Positions 39,186-50,959 of a stretch of 64,000 nucleotides of DNA are shown one piece after another. Position 1 is the first letter of the stretch. Each line of letters opens with the position of its first letter. This stretch comes from an uncultured Gemmatimonadales bacterium (GTDB taxonomy: Bacteria; Gemmatimonadota; Gemmatimonadetes; Gemmatimonadales; GWC2-71-9). The stretch lies in the NCBI GenBank assembly GCA_963821525.1, contig CAWGED010000005.1:1120001-1184000 (forward strand), given 5' to 3'. The translations under genes were made by a program, and so were the position numbers. Below the pieces are notes generated by a model. It was not told the DNA's origin and made no database searches. It was given only the letters and a program-made list of their open reading frames with translations.

Positions 39186-40121
39186 TCAGTCGCGATCGCG
39201 CAGGGTGAGCCGGTGGGCCTGCTCCCGCATTTCCTCGCGCAGGCCTGCAATCATCTCGCCCAGGAAACCAAAGCCAAACAGGGCGATGCCGCTGATCACC
39301 ATGGTCTCGACCAGGTTGAGCAATGGTCGGAAGCCGATGCCGTATCCGAACCGCAGCACCAGGGCGATGATTCCCGCAAGGAACCCGATGCCGAAGAGCG
39401 CGGCACCGGCGACGCCGAAGAAGAGCATCGGCTTTCTGCCGAAGCGGAGTTGAAACCAGACCGAGAGCAGGTCCAGCACGCCGATCGGGATCCGCTTCCA
39501 ATTGAACTTCGAGACCCCCGCCCGCCTGGGATGGAGAGGGATCGGGCGTGAAGTGAGCCGGAAGCCATCGGCGGCGGCGATGACGACCATGTAGCGGTGC
39601 CAGTCGGGGCGCAGCGGCACACCTCTCATGATCTCTCGCCGGTAGGCCTTCACCGAGTTCAGGTCGGCGACGCCCACTCCAAAGAGTGTCCGGCAGAGCC
39701 AGTTGTAGACCGAGGAGACGAAGGCCTTCTCGTACTTTCCCACCTTGGTGCCGGTGACGATATCGGCCTGTCCGGCCAGAATCGGAGCTACCAGGGCAGG
39801 GATATCCGCCGGCAGGTACTGGAGGTCAGCTGGGTAGAAGACAAAAACGTCTCCCGTCGCGATGTCGCCGGCGGAGTGCAGCGCGTCGGCGATGCCGCGC
39901 TGGCGGCGATGGGTCACGACCCGGAGGAACGGATAGCGACCCTGCAGCTCGGTGAGCACGGTCGCGGTGCGGTCCCGCGATCCGTCGTTCACGACGATCA
40001 GCTCAAAAGAGAATCCCGCCGAGCTCAGCGCCTCGTCACACAACCGAACAAATTCAGGGAGGTTCTCCGCCTCGTCCTTGGCGGGAACGAGGAGGCTCAC
40101 ATCCAGGACAGCGCTGCTCAT
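39186..40121 (-). CDS. GT2 glycosyltransferase (ArnC/GtrB-like, C-terminal TM pair)
   Basis: VNDGSRD, ADLQY.P.DIP, R..G.SKF, two C-terminal TM helices. Confidence 0.88.
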   Translation of the reverse strand: MSSAVLDVSLLVPAKDEAENLPEFVRLCDEALSSAGFSFELIVVNDGSRDRTATVLTELQGRYPFLRVVTHRRQRGIADALHSAGDIATGDVFVFYPADLQYLPADIPALVAPILAGQADIVTGTKVGKYEKAFVSSVYNWLCRTLFGVGVADLNSVKAYRREIMRGVPLRPDWHRYMVVIAAADGFRLTSRPIPLHPRRAGVSKFNWKRIPIGVLDLLSVWFQLRFGRKPMLFFGVAGAALFGIGFLAGIIALVLRFGYGIGFRPLLNLVETMVISGIALFGFGFLGEMIAGLREEMREQAHRLTLRDRD

Positions 40122-41647
40122 ACCCTCTTGCGCATCCGTGCGGGGAGAATGCCGAGCTGGTCCCGATATTTGGCGACGGTACGACGGGCGATCTGGATAC
40201 CCTGTTCCTGGAACAGGTGGACGATCTGCTGGTCGGTGAGGGGATTCGAGGTGTCTTCCTCGGCCACCATCTTCTGAAGCTTGGCGCGAATGGAGCGGGC
40301 GCTGGCATCCTCGCCGGAGGTGGTGGCCAGCGCGCTGGAAAAGAAAAACTTGAGCGGGAGGACGCCGCGAGGCGTCTGGACATACTTCTCGTTGGTCACC
40401 CGGCTCACGGTTGACTCGTGCATGTTGATCACTTCCGCCACTTCGCGCAGGGTGAGCGGCTTCAGGTGCTCGATGCCCTTCTCGAAGAAGTCCCGCTGCC
40501 GGTCCACGATGAAGTTCATGACCTTGAGCATGGTCTGACGGCGCTGCTCGATGGCCTGAATGAGCCAGTTGGCGCTGTTCATCCGTGAGGCGATGAACTC
40601 GCGGTGCTCCTGGGTCATCTTTTTCTTGTCCCGCGCCAGCTCCTGGTAGGTGCGGCTCAGGCGGAGCCTGGGCACACCGGTATCGTTGAGAAAGACGTGG
40701 TAGCGGCCGTCAATCTTGTCCACGATGAGATCGGGAATGACGTATCCCTCTCCCCCGGCGGAGTACTTGAGTCCCGGCTTGGGATCGAGCTTGGCGAGGA
40801 GATCGGCCGCGGCCTGAACCGCCGCGGGCTCAACCCCGAACCGGCGGCCCAGGTCGTTCCAGCGGTGGGCGATCAGGTCCGGGAACGCCTCAGCCACAAG
40901 GCGGTAGGTGAGAGTGTTGGTCTCCTTGAGTTCGCGGAGCTGGAGCAGGAGGCACTCGCGCAGGTCCCGGGCCGCGACGCCGGCAGGATCGAGCCGTTGG
41001 ACGATCCCCAGCATTTCTTCCACTTCCGCCGCCGTGAAATACGGCATGGGCGGACCGGGCTTTGCCTCTGGCTCCGGCTCAGGCTCGGCATCCATGTCCC
41101 CCGCCTCAGCCAACTCCTCCTCGCTGTCGGGTCGGTTCCGCTCGGCGTAACTGTCGAGCATCTCGTTCGCCAAGCGCTGGATCTCTTCGACCGAGGCGGC
41201 GAGGTACCCGTCTTCCTTGATGTTGCCCAGAAATTCTTCGGAGAGCAGGGCCTGCCGGGGCGTCAGAACCATCATCTGCAACTGCTCGCGGAGATGATCG
41301 ATCAGGTCGGTGGTCTCGACCGAGACCGGCTCGGTGTACTCTTTGTGCTCGTACTCTTCCCTCACGCCACCCGGCACCTCGAAACCGTTGAGCAGGATCT
41401 CTTCCCAATCGGTTTCGTTTTCGTTGGCGGTCTTCTCCTTTTCCTCTTCCTTGGTGGGGGTCTCGGCCGTGGCCTCTTCCTCTTCGGGCTCCACCAGCTC
41501 GAGGAAGGGATTGATCAGCAGCTCCTGCTTCAGGTGGAGCTGGAGGTCCATCATGGGCATGTACAGCATGTCCATGGCCTGATAGAGCCGCGGATTGATC
41601 CGCAGGTCCTGCCGCAGTGTGGCGGTCTGGGAGAGTCCCGTCTTCAC
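40118..41647 (-). CDS. rpoN: RNA polymerase sigma-54 factor
   Basis: NPFLE, DPAGVAARDLRECL, HESTVSR, RpoN box ARRTVAKYR. Confidence 0.97.
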   Translation of the reverse strand: MKTGLSQTATLRQDLRINPRLYQAMDMLYMPMMDLQLHLKQELLINPFLELVEPEEEEATAETPTKEEEKEKTANENETDWEEILLNGFEVPGGVREEYEHKEYTEPVSVETTDLIDHLREQLQMMVLTPRQALLSEEFLGNIKEDGYLAASVEEIQRLANEMLDSYAERNRPDSEEELAEAGDMDAEPEPEPEAKPGPPMPYFTAAEVEEMLGIVQRLDPAGVAARDLRECLLLQLRELKETNTLTYRLVAEAFPDLIAHRWNDLGRRFGVEPAAVQAAADLLAKLDPKPGLKYSAGGEGYVIPDLIVDKIDGRYHVFLNDTGVPRLRLSRTYQELARDKKKMTQEHREFIASRMNSANWLIQAIEQRRQTMLKVMNFIVDRQRDFFEKGIEHLKPLTLREVAEVINMHESTVSRVTNEKYVQTPRGVLPLKFFFSSALATTSGEDASARSIRAKLQKMVAEEDTSNPLTDQQIVHLFQEQGIQIARRTVAKYRDQLGILPARMRKRV

Positions 41648-42807
41648 GCTGCGTCCTCCAAGCGGGCGCGGAGCCGCGCCGTGAGAGTCGGACCGAGGTA
41701 GAGCTCGGCGACACGGTCATCGAATACCAGATCGCGTACCGGTCCGGAGACCTGCACCTTCCCCTCGAACATGATGTAGGCCCGATCCACGATGTCGAGG
41801 GTCTGCTCGACGTTGTGGTCGGTGATCAATACGCCAATGCCCCGATGCCGAAGCCCGGCGACGATGGTCTGAATGTCGTGTACCGCGATGGGATCGACCC
41901 CCGCGAACGGCTCGTCGAGCAGCATGAACTTGGGGTTGGTCACCAGCGCGCGGGTGATCTCGAGGCGGCGGCGCTCACCACCGGAGAGCGCGTAGGCCTT
42001 GCTTTTCCGCAGGTGCTTGATGGAGAGCTCGTCCAGCAGGGTTTCCAGCCGCGCCCGCCGTTCCGCGCGGGAGAGATCCATCGTCTCCAGAATCGCGATG
42101 ATATTCTCCTCGACCGTCAACTTCCGGAAAACGCTCGGCTCCTGCGCCAGGTACCCAATTCCCTGCCTGGCCCGCCTGTACATCGGGGCGCTGGTGAGAT
42201 CCGCCCCATCGAACAGCACCTTGCCTTCGTCGGGGCGGATCAAGCCGGTAATCAGGTAGAACATGGTGGTCTTGCCCGCGCCGTTAGGGCCGAGCAATCC
42301 TACGATTTCCCCCTGCTGCAACCGGACGCTCACGTCGTCGACGACTTTCCGGCGTTTGAAGGTCTTGCTGAGATTCAAGCCTTCCAGGATGCTGCCGCCA
42401 GGAAGCGGACCCGCCTGATGAACCGATGCCACGTGGGCGCGCATGCCCTGCACTGCGGCCTGCAGCAACTGAAGACGCACGCCATCCCGGTCCCTCAGCG
42501 TCTCGCTCCACCATTCGCCCTGCGCCCGCACCACCGACCAGTCCCGCGCAGGGTTCGCGATCCAGCCCTCATCCGCAAGGCGCGGAAGAACCGAACGAAC
42601 CAGGTTCTCGTGGACCTCATCCTCGGACAGCTCGGGTCCGCTGGGCACCCCGGCATCGGCCAGGGTCTGCAGGAAGGTCTGGCGATAGGACACCGAGAGT
42701 GCCTTGAAGTCCAGAGCGCCCGACAGGTCCGCGTCGCGGGCGAGGGCGGCGAGCGCCAGGGGCAGCGAAGGATCGCGCCCGACGAACCGATCGATCCAGC
42801 CGCTCAC
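41644..42807 (-). CDS. lptB: LPS export ABC ATPase LptB with a ~135-aa N-terminal extension
   Basis: GPNGAGKTT, YLAQEPSVF, LSGGERRRLEI, LDEPFAGVDP, ITDHNV, YLG. Confidence 0.93.
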   Translation of the reverse strand: MSGWIDRFVGRDPSLPLALAALARDADLSGALDFKALSVSYRQTFLQTLADAGVPSGPELSEDEVHENLVRSVLPRLADEGWIANPARDWSVVRAQGEWWSETLRDRDGVRLQLLQAAVQGMRAHVASVHQAGPLPGGSILEGLNLSKTFKRRKVVDDVSVRLQQGEIVGLLGPNGAGKTTMFYLITGLIRPDEGKVLFDGADLTSAPMYRRARQGIGYLAQEPSVFRKLTVEENIIAILETMDLSRAERRARLETLLDELSIKHLRKSKAYALSGGERRRLEITRALVTNPKFMLLDEPFAGVDPIAVHDIQTIVAGLRHRGIGVLITDHNVEQTLDIVDRAYIMFEGKVQVSGPVRDLVFDDRVAELYLGPTLTARLRARLEDAA

Positions 42808-44129
42808 GTCTGGTTCCCCGCCGCTGAGGAGTCTGCCTTGGTCGTGTCGGCTTTGGTGGCCGCCGGCTCGAGCTGAATCCCGTCCACGTTGCCTCTGATG
42901 TCCACCCGTTCCACGCCCCGATTGCCGGTTGACTTCATCCGCACGGCGATCCGGTCGCCCCTCGAGTAGTTGATCGAAGGACGAGTTTCTCCCTTTTTCG
43001 TGCTGGCGATCCGGTAGTAGGACTTCGCCGTGCCGCTGGCCTCAATGGCGGCCAATGCCGTTTTCGCGGCTCCCGCCGAGTCATACTGGGCAAACCGGGC
43101 CGTCACCGTGTCCCCGCTCATCCAATCGCGTTCGTTCGTTTCGACGTCGATCTTGCCCCCCACCCACGCTTTGCCGAACGACCGAGTCTCTTTCAAGCGC
43201 CGGCCCGGGGTATCGATCGCGAGTGAGTCGGCCCGGATTTCATAGTCGGTCGCCACGGCCAGGGGGCGAATGCTGTCGCCCCAGGCGACGGTTTGCACCA
43301 GTTCCCGGCCAGCGATATCGAGCCCGATCGTGTCGGCCGTCAGGTCCATGTCTTTGGTCACAGCATGTCCGGAGTCCACCGCCGTGACATAGCTCAACTC
43401 CTGGTGATCCAGCTTGAGATCGATCCGCTTGCCGGTCAGCGTGAAGGAATCCTGGCCGGTTCCCTCGACACTGGGCTTGCCGATAAGGGCACCATCATTC
43501 CCTGCACCGGTGTCGAGCCGAAGCGAGTCGCCGCGGGCCTTGAAATCGCTGCGATCGATCGTGACCTGACCTCCGCCCCAGATCCGGTCATTCCCTTTCA
43601 TCCGCACCCGGTCGGCCACGATCACGTACGGTTCGCCGCGGCTACCGGTGGAATCGACCGTCTGGTAGGTGATGGTGGGCCGGCCCACCGAGACCATCTC
43701 GACCGTGTCGCGAGTGCCCTTGATCGCGCGGTAATAGTCGAGCGACGGCCCGACCATCCTGGATCCATTCTGGATGTTCTCGGTCACCACGTTACCACGA
43801 GCTTCCCACCGCTCACCGGACCGGTAGTAGGTGCCGCGGTTGGCATCCATGGTGACCAGCGAATCCCGGTATTTCACCTGACCGATGAACTCCACGATCG
43901 TGCCGCTGCGCCGGCCATAGAACGCGGCGCTGTCGCTCTCCATCGAGACCGAGGTACCCTGACAGGTAATCCGGACGCCGCCACCGGCGTAGTAATTGGT
44001 GTCGCCCCCGACGATGACCTGCTGGCCCAGTCCTCCCACCCGGTCGAGGTGGAACCGGCAGGTGCCGCCCTGGGCTGCGAGCGGCGCCGCCCAGACAAGC
44101 GCGAGGAGTGCCGGTGCGATCCGCATCAT
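42804..44129 (-). CDS. Extended OstA/LptA-like beta-jellyroll protein (441 aa)
   Basis: Signal peptide; repeated G.V...A/GD beta motifs; lies between lptC and lptB. Confidence 0.75.
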   Translation of the reverse strand: MMRIAPALLALVWAAPLAAQGGTCRFHLDRVGGLGQQVIVGGDTNYYAGGGVRITCQGTSVSMESDSAAFYGRRSGTIVEFIGQVKYRDSLVTMDANRGTYYRSGERWEARGNVVTENIQNGSRMVGPSLDYYRAIKGTRDTVEMVSVGRPTITYQTVDSTGSRGEPYVIVADRVRMKGNDRIWGGGQVTIDRSDFKARGDSLRLDTGAGNDGALIGKPSVEGTGQDSFTLTGKRIDLKLDHQELSYVTAVDSGHAVTKDMDLTADTIGLDIAGRELVQTVAWGDSIRPLAVATDYEIRADSLAIDTPGRRLKETRSFGKAWVGGKIDVETNERDWMSGDTVTARFAQYDSAGAAKTALAAIEASGTAKSYYRIASTKKGETRPSINYSRGDRIAVRMKSTGNRGVERVDIRGNVDGIQLEPAATKADTTKADSSAAGNQT

Positions 44130-44743
44130 TGGCCGGGAAGCAGGAACCCGGTGCTATCGCCGGGCTTGGCGTTGGGACGCTGGCCGCCGCGGGGCTGCTT
44201 GGTGACGACATTCCGGAAATCGGGATCGGAGGTGAAGCCATTGCCCTCAAGGTGCTGCTCCGCCCGATCGTAGACGAACGGCTTGTCGGAAGAAATCTTC
44301 TGGCTGCGACTGTCGTACTTGAGCTCCTGGCTCCGCAAGGTGCGGCCGTCGGGCGTCACCGCTACCACATTCCCCCGGGCGTGCATCGATCCGTCCCGAG
44401 TGAGGTACGTCCCTGAATCGGCGGTGACGGTCGAGGTGATTTCTCCAGCCGGACCGTAGAACGTGACCTTCACGCCCCGCATCTCGACCATCTGGGTGTT
44501 TTGATAGACATAGGCGGTGTCGGCTTCGACCAGCGAGCGCCGTAATCCCTGGTCGGTTACATAGTGCTCCATGCCGTACAACACCTGGTCCGCGGTATCC
44601 GAGGCCTCCAGCGTTACCGAGGGACGGACGACCTCTTCCTGGCAGCCGAGCTGGGCGAAACACGCACAGAGCGCGGCGAGGGCGGACAGCCGAAGGGCGT
44701 TCCCCCTTGCCCGCTCATCCCGATTTCCGCATGTGCCGGTCAC
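44126..44743 (-). CDS. lptC: LPS export protein LptC
   Basis: ADTA, V.FY, TADSG.Y, GNVV, L.SQEL.YD, G.GF.SD; position in the kds-lpt operon. Confidence 0.85.
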   Translation of the reverse strand: MTGTCGNRDERARGNALRLSALAALCACFAQLGCQEEVVRPSVTLEASDTADQVLYGMEHYVTDQGLRRSLVEADTAYVYQNTQMVEMRGVKVTFYGPAGEITSTVTADSGTYLTRDGSMHARGNVVAVTPDGRTLRSQELKYDSRSQKISSDKPFVYDRAEQHLEGNGFTSDPDFRNVVTKQPRGGQRPNAKPGDSTGFLLPGQ

Positions 44744-44771
44744 CCCATCGATCTCCTCTCAACCGACTCGT

Positions 44772-45312
44772 CTATCTCTCTCCGCGATCGCTGAGATAGG
44801 TGCGCACCGCTTCTTCCCAGCGTCCCTGGGCCCGAAACAGTGTCTCGATGACCTCTCGCACCGCCCCGCAGCCGCCGCGAGCCGTCGTGGTGTAGGCGGC
44901 AAGCTCCTTTACCTCAGTCACCGCGTTGGCCACTGCGATCGGCAACCCGACTCGGCGTAACACTGGCAGGTCGGCGAGATCATCGCCCACAAAGGCCACT
45001 TCATCCCACCCGATGCCCCGCCGCATCAACATCTCGGTCATCGCGGGAACCTTGCGCGCTTCTTTATCCTGAATCACCTCATCGATCTTGAGCTCGGTGG
45101 CGCGCAATGTCGTGGCGTCCGAGTAACGACCACTTACCAGGGCCACTACCATTCCGAGTCGCCGGGCCAGACCAATCCCGAGCCCGTCCTGAATGTCGAA
45201 TCTCTTGAACTCCACCCGTTGTCCCGCCACCAACCCGAGGTACACCGCGTTGTCGGTGAGCACCCCGTCCACATCGAGTCCAAGCAGCCGGATTCGACCT
45301 GCGACTGCCGGG

Positions 45313-45320
<8 letters not shown>
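44772..45320 (-). CDS. kdsC: KDO-8-phosphate phosphatase (HAD family)
   Basis: LDVDGVLTD, F.IQDG.G, GDDLADLP, GG.GAVRE. Confidence 0.93.
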
Positions 45321-48534
<3,214 letters not shown>

Positions 48535-48539
48535 TTCCG

Positions 48540-48568
48540 AACGTAATAGGAGCGCACGGCCCTGTCAA
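48540..48568 (-). promoter_or_regulatory. Sigma70 promoter of the kdsB...rpoN operon (probably leaderless)
   Basis: Minus strand TTGACA-N17-TACGTT, ending 5 nt before the kdsB ATG; no SD sequence. Confidence 0.7.
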
Positions 48569-48630
48569 AAGTCGTGCCGAGCCGGGGGAGAGGGCTTGCG
48601 CTTTGGGCTATCAGCCCAAGCCTAAAGGAG

Positions 48631-49248
48631 TTACGACCCGTTGACGGAAGAAGCTGTGGCGAATCCGGCGGTCACGCGCAGAAAGTTGGTGAGTAAGGTA
48701 CGGCCCCCCTCGGTCGCGACGGATTCGGGATGGAATTGCACCCCGAAAATCGGATGAGTCCGGTGACGCAAGCCCATGATCTCGTGTCCACGGGGCCGGT
48801 CCATGGACCAAGCCGTCATCTCGAGTTCCGGCGGGAAGGCGCTGGCAGAGACGACGAGCGAGTGGTACCGCATCGCGGTGACGGGATTGGGAAGCCCGTG
48901 AAAGACGTCGGAACCGACATGAGTCACGCTGGTTGTCTTGCCGTGCATCAGGCGGTCGGCTCGCTCGATCCTCCCCGAGAACGCCGCACCGATTGCCTGA
49001 TGGCCGAGACAGACACCGAGGAGAGGCACTCCGGCATCGGCGGCGGCGCGCACCAGAGGAATCGAGATCCCGGCCTGAGCCGGTGTGCCGGGACCGGGAG
49101 AAATGATGATCCCCGCCGGGGCAAGCCCAATTGCCTCGGCGGGGGTCAGGGTATCGTTGCGGTAGACGACCGGGTCGCCGCCCAGCTCTCCCACGTACTG
49201 CACCAGGTTGTACGTGAAGCTGTCGTAGTTGTCGAGAACCAGGATCAT
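48631..49248 (-). CDS. Aminodeoxychorismate/anthranilate synthase component II (PabA/TrpG)
   Basis: DNYDSFTYNL, SPGPG.P, GVCLGHQ, RYHSL, QFHPES. Confidence 0.95.
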   Translation of the reverse strand: MILVLDNYDSFTYNLVQYVGELGGDPVVYRNDTLTPAEAIGLAPAGIIISPGPGTPAQAGISIPLVRAAADAGVPLLGVCLGHQAIGAAFSGRIERADRLMHGKTTSVTHVGSDVFHGLPNPVTAMRYHSLVVSASAFPPELEMTAWSMDRPRGHEIMGLRHRTHPIFGVQFHPESVATEGGRTLLTNFLRVTAGFATASSVNGS

Positions 49249-49249
49249 G

Positions 49250-50137
49250 CTAGTTGGGCGGCGTCGGAGGACTCGGCGACGGCGTCGGAGAGACCTTGGT
49301 TTTGACGCCCTGTCGCTTCAGCTCCCTATCCACCTCTCGCTTGATCGAGTCGGCCATCCGCCGGCCGTAGGCCCCGGCGGAGTCCGGATCGGAGAGACTG
49401 GTAACGTTGTGATTGCGAAGTGCGTCAAGCTGAGCCTCGTCCGCCTTCATCCGATCCACCATCGCGCGCATGACAATCCGGACCGAATCTGCCTTGCGCT
49501 GCAGCTTGGGCCGCTGAGCTTGGGGGGCCTGGGCCGAGGAATCCTCAAATTGATCCGCTAGATCCCTCAATTCGTCAACCGAGTCCGACCGGGCATCCAT
49601 CCTGCTCTCAACTTCATCCGCCAGCGAATCATCGGCAGAGGTGATCGAGAAGCCATGGTCATTGAGATTGAACCGGACCTTCTTCAGTTCCTCTACTGAC
49701 TGGGCTGGGAGGAGAAGCGGGACGCTGTCGCCGCTGTTCTTGAAGTACACGTATCCGAACTGCTCAAGATGGGAGCCAACGGTGTCGCCCTTCTCGCACC
49801 GGAAGCTGCTCTTCTCATTGTAGTGCTCGACGTCGTCCACGACGAGGAGGCAGTTCTGGAACTTGTCGGGATGAACACTGTCGGCCAGGGCGACGATCAC
49901 CCGCACGCCGGATACCTGATTCGGTGCGTCTCGAAGCAGGACCACCTTGTTAAGGGAGCCGAGCTTGTGTCCTTCGAGCCGGAAGGGGACGAACGCGATT
50001 GGCAGTGAAATAGGGTCAGTGCTCTCGAACGTGTCGGTGAACTTGGCGCGGGTCTTGTTCACGACGGCTCTGATCACCATCCCAACCGCGAAAACGGCCA
50101 GGGCACCGAGAGCAATCTTTATCCAGTAGTTTCTCAT
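49250..50137 (-). CDS. Hypothetical membrane-anchored protein with a beta domain and a helical C-terminus
   Basis: 295-aa ORF with an N-terminal TM helix, abutting pabA/trpG. Confidence 0.75.
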   Translation of the reverse strand: MRNYWIKIALGALAVFAVGMVIRAVVNKTRAKFTDTFESTDPISLPIAFVPFRLEGHKLGSLNKVVLLRDAPNQVSGVRVIVALADSVHPDKFQNCLLVVDDVEHYNEKSSFRCEKGDTVGSHLEQFGYVYFKNSGDSVPLLLPAQSVEELKKVRFNLNDHGFSITSADDSLADEVESRMDARSDSVDELRDLADQFEDSSAQAPQAQRPKLQRKADSVRIVMRAMVDRMKADEAQLDALRNHNVTSLSDPDSAGAYGRRMADSIKREVDRELKRQGVKTKVSPTPSPSPPTPPN

Positions 50138-50188
50138 ACGATCTATCCGGGATAATAGCCGGCGCGATAGTGTTGCAAAAGGAGACGA

Positions 50189-50959
50189 ATGGAACGGCCG
50201 CTAGGTTTCATCCAGGGAGAGCGACTCGTTGAGATAACTGATCTTACCAAGCTGTACGGCGATCTTCCCGCCGTGCAAGACCTGACGTTTGCGCTTGGTC
50301 CGGGTGAGATCCTTGGGTTGGTCGGCCCCAACGGCGCCGGGAAGACTACCACTTTGCGGTGTCTCTCGGGGGTCATTCCCCCAACCCGGGGCCGGGTCAA
50401 GCTGGCCGGGTTCGACCTGGCGATAGAGCCGATTCGAGCCAAGGCCCAGCTGGCATTCATTCCGGATGAGCCGCAGCTCTTCGACTACTTGACGGTCGAG
50501 GAGCATCTCGTCTTCACCGCCCGGCTCTATGGCGCTTCGGATGCGCTGGATCGGACCGACACGCTGCTCGAAGAGCTGGAGCTGGACGGCAAGCGGCGGA
50601 CTCTGGCCAATGCCCTGTCCCGCGGGATGAAGCAGAAGCTCGCGATCGCGTGCGGATTGCTCCATGACCCGCGCGTCATCCTGCTCGACGAGCCGCTCAC
50701 CGGCCTCGACCCGATGGGGATCCGTCGAATGAAGGCGACGATAGCGGCTCGAGCGCAACAGGGAGCCGCGGTCATTCTGAGCTCGCACCTGCTCCCGTTG
50801 GTAGAGGAGCTTTGCAGCAAGGTCCTGATCATCCAGCATGGACGGATCGTCGCGCTGGGATCGATGGCGGAGATCGCCTCCGAGCGGCCGGAGCTGGCAG
50901 GACGCGGACTCGAGGATCTCTTCCTGGCGCTGACCGACTCCCCACACTCCGAGCGTTGA
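50189..50959 (+). CDS. ABC transporter ATP-binding protein
   Basis: GPNGAGKTT, LSRGMKQK, LLDEP, SSH. Confidence 0.93.
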   Translation: MERPLGFIQGERLVEITDLTKLYGDLPAVQDLTFALGPGEILGLVGPNGAGKTTTLRCLSGVIPPTRGRVKLAGFDLAIEPIRAKAQLAFIPDEPQLFDYLTVEEHLVFTARLYGASDALDRTDTLLEELELDGKRRTLANALSRGMKQKLAIACGLLHDPRVILLDEPLTGLDPMGIRRMKATIAARAQQGAAVILSSHLLPLVEELCSKVLIIQHGRIVALGSMAEIASERPELAGRGLEDLFLALTDSPHSER

